Of a stretch of 64,000 nt of DNA, positions 60,727 to 64,000 are shown piece after piece. A model generated the notes under the pieces. It searched no databases and had not been told where the DNA came from. It saw only the letters and a list, made by a program, of their open reading frames with translations. The DNA comes from Saccostrea echinata. Its lineage: Eukaryota. Position 1 is the first letter of the stretch. Every line of letters begins with the position of its first letter. Position numbers and translations under genes: made by a program. The stretch is taken from contig NW_026889806.1 of assembly GCF_033153115.1 (NCBI RefSeq), positions 4,464,001-4,528,000 of the forward strand, in the 5' to 3' direction.

Positions 60727-62050
60727 CATTTGTAAAGAAAAATAATTTAAAATAAAAAAAGCTTTTAATTCCATCCTGAAAGTCTGGACCCTTTTTGCGG
60801 AACCATCCCTGTTCTTTGGGACATAAACAAACTTGAATATACTCTTCATAAAAGTGCTTGACAAGTATTAAAATTTGTTCCAAAGCAGATCTTGAGAAAA
60901 TTTCTTAAAATTTTTTTTTAGGTATTTAATTTAGTACACAATAGATAGGCCAACATTTTCCTCAAATTCAATTTTGTTCAAACTTTGATATTTTGTTCTA
61001 GGATACTCTTTATATATAATATGAAAGAAATTCAACCGTACATTTTTTGCCCACTTAGTATGAAATATGGCCTATCAGACCCCTGTAAGAAGACTGTGAA
61101 ATCTGACAGCCGTCCTGAGATTGTGCATTTTCAAAAAATAACCAATTGATCTATTGTAAACTTGTGTGATGCTGTTTATAAAGAGAACCTTTTAGTACTA
61201 AAATTTAGTAAAATATTTTGATACCGGTATATTTGAGTAAAATGTGATGTAAAAATAGAACATACATAACCCAGGAATTGAAAATTTACATGTAAATATG
61301 CCACACGTTAAGTCCTCTTTAAACAAAATGTATGATTCAATTTTTACAAAAAATCAACAGAATAATTAAAATGAAACCCAGATAAAAATATGTCAAAATG
61401 AGGAAATTTGAACCGGCGGTTTAAGGTATTTTGGCGATTTTAAAGAAATCAAATACGGAAGGGATTACCCTATTTATTTTTATATAAAAATTGTATAATG
61501 CTGAGAAAAATATTCTATAGATTAATAAAATTGCTGCACAAATCCTTGGCATTTTCTCAATTGAACGGAATTTGAAGAAACTTATACCGGACGGTACATT
61601 TTTACCCTTATTCAACTAAAAACTTTACGAATAGAAATTATACAACTGAGCTGGTGATATTTGTGCAGCAATACCAGCAAACTTTGGAATATATTGCTTC
61701 TTAATACACCTTGTTTCAGTTAAATAAAATAGAGCATGTCCTTGCGCCGAAGCATTTTTGTTGATGTCCATTATAATCTTGTGTATGACGTCATAATATG
61801 ACGTCATGATGTGTACTGCCTATCTCATGTCGTGGGCACCAAGTATGTATTAGACAATAAGTTTTAACTTTCTCTGTATAAAAGATATAGTCCTTAGGCA
61901 TTTTATTTAGTTTATTTGCATAGAAATGCCTAAACCTAGCCTTAACTCACCTGAGTATAAGAAAACAAAAAAAATTGTCAAATTAAATGCACGGTAGATG
62001 AAGAATATCAAACACTACTTGGAGATCGACAAAATTATGTCTAGATTTAC

Positions 62051-64000
62051 CGTTTGGTTTTTCTACAGACATTATCGTGTTTACTGTGAACATTTCGTCA
62101 CCGCTGTCTTCCTTATTTCTCTCTGTTGTTATCCGAGTTTTCCATGTCAGGTCTTTTATCTGCATTAAAAAAAGATTGTCATTCTGTGATACTTTCATGC
62201 TATGTGTCAACGTTCTTATTATATATGTATTGGCTATTATTTTAATTACTTGTTCCTCCGTCTGCGCCTCAGTAAGGAGACTAATAATGACAATGGCCAG
62301 AGAAGTGATAAGAATCATTAGAGCGCCAAAGTATGTGTAATGAAGATTGGCAAGAACTGAAGGTCGCGTGTCCTCTTCACCACAACCAGGCGCCGGGTAA
62401 GCCATATCCAGACCTAGTCTGATTATCCCACACATGTGACCAATAGCTATCCCCCAGAAGGCCCCCTAAGGAGAAAATATACAACAATAAAAATGATAAT
62501 CTCTAAACGTTCACAGGGATAGAAATTTGACAACTTAAAATTGTATACCAGGTACCTGTTCAGTCATACGTTTCCAAGCAACGGCCAATAAAAAGAGTGC
62601 TCCAATGGGTGTTCCGAGATAGCTTTGTACAGCATTGATATAAGCAAAGAGTTGTCCTCCTTGTGAAGACCTCACTAATGGTATCCATAGAATGCTCACT
62701 ACACACAGAGCAACGATGAAGATTCTGAAACAGCATCATAGTAATTATCTCCCTAACTTTTAATGTTCTGATTGGTTCAAACTGTTGACATGATTTTTGC
62801 CATGTTTTTATTTTTCTGCACAATTTAAGATACAATTGCTTTGATGATCAAGGATCCAAGATACAAAAAGTTTTCTTTCAAATGATACCGAATAAAACAT
62901 TCTGATACAGGTATATGTTGAAGATTAATTGAATCCTAACATATACTTTGTGCCATCATTTATCACTATCTAATACCTCCCCACAATCAAAAGTTCCCTT
63001 TGTCTTGCTGTTGGGCGCATGCGCCTCCAAAGGTCCATTGTAAAGATGGTGCTTGAGCTATTAAAGATGGACGTCAGTGAGCTCATATTAGCAGAGAGCA
63101 TTACCGCCATTAATAATCCACGGACACCTATAAAAAAAACCCATAAAACTAAAGACTAAAGGCTAAAGATTCCAATTCTCGTTACTTATTTATCAAAATT
63201 ATACTTCACTTTACAAGAGATAATGAACAAAAATTAAGTAAAAGTCACATCAACGAAAGATGTGAGGGCTTATACAGCTTATTTTCTGTAAAGTGGTATA
63301 TAACATAATAATAGAAAAAGAGACTTTTACATTGGTGGAAGACATCAACATATCTAAAACACCTACAATGTTGAATTCCGTTGGATGGTTCGAATATAAA
63401 ACTTTCAAGGAATATATGATAATGGGAATACAAACCATATGGCAAAAGCTCAAGGACAAGTTTTGGGTAAGCTATATTGGAACAGCCAACAGGGTTATCA
63501 CAGTACTTTGTACACTCCTCTGGATCCGCACATCCCACTTCGTCTGTAAAACATGTTTAATAGGCAATAGGCACAAACATGTAATGTACATGTATATGCA
63601 AATATATATACAAAGAAGTGCCTTTTTCATCCTTACAAAACAAAATTCAAATATTATACTTTTGGAAACAAAGTTTATATGTATACACGTGGTAAATAGT
63701 ACCTGGGTAGAGGGCTCTACTTATCATCCCGGGGAAGATCATCATAACAAGAGGAAGCATCTTCAGGTATCCTGCCAGCAGGGCCCCACCCTTGGCATGG
63801 GAGAGATTCCTGGCTGCCAGAGAACGCTGTACGATAACCTTATGCAGAAAATTAAATTTCAAAGTGTTTGTTTAAAATACAGGTCTTAAATGTCTGTAGC
63901 TTTCCCAGTAATAAACTATTCAATAATTTTACAAAGCAAAGGAGATTTGAATTAACCCGCCAGTTTACCTGATCACAACACCAATACCACAAACAACCAA
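62051..64000 (-). CDS. SLC5 sodium/glucose (sugar) cotransporter, partial; exons 63969->64000, 63703-63838, 63436-63543, 62977-63127, 62556-62724, 62250-62465, 62051-62159 (final exon unresolved)
   Basis: SLC5A motifs WYWCCDQ|[35 protein letters not shown]|[24 protein letters not shown]|[34 protein letters not shown]..|..WKRMTEQ|GAFWG. Junctions are in phase. Confidence 0.93.

Noticed and set aside
62556-62724. Apparent frameshift in an SLC5 exon suggested by the ORF track
   Set aside because: Manual translation in the spliced frame is open (..[22 protein letters not shown]).
63293-63889. 198-aa plus-strand ORF
   Set aside because: It is an antisense shadow of SLC5 exons and introns.

Overview
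AT-rich animal genomic DNA, most likely an oyster (inferred from a Cg170-type ~166-bp satellite carried in a Helentron-type element). Five spliced host genes could be reconstructed by hand with GT-AG introns. PFDN2 (minus, 3 exons) sits head-to-head with a PROSER3-like gene (plus, 13 coding exons). The others are a Barx homeobox gene (plus, 3 exons), a secreted short-chain-collagen-C4-like gene (minus, 3 coding exons) and the 3' part of an SLC5 sodium/sugar cotransporter (minus). The rest is largely transposable elements. These include a young, near-intact Gypsy LTR element with the Gmr1-type order gag-PR-IN-RT-RH, inserted between the stop codon and the poly(A) signal of the C4-like gene. There is also a decayed BEL/Pao element with a different DNA transposon in each LTR, plus Penelope-like, LINE, SINE, Helentron, Crypton-like and many MITE pieces. 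The most striking structure is in PFDN2 intron 1. After removing nested insertions, it resolves into a complete miniature non-coding LTR element (TG..CA LTRs, tRNA-Ile-type PBS, PPT, 4-bp TSD) whose LTRs each contain a tRNA-like Pol III promoter. All calls come from reading the sequence; no searches were run.
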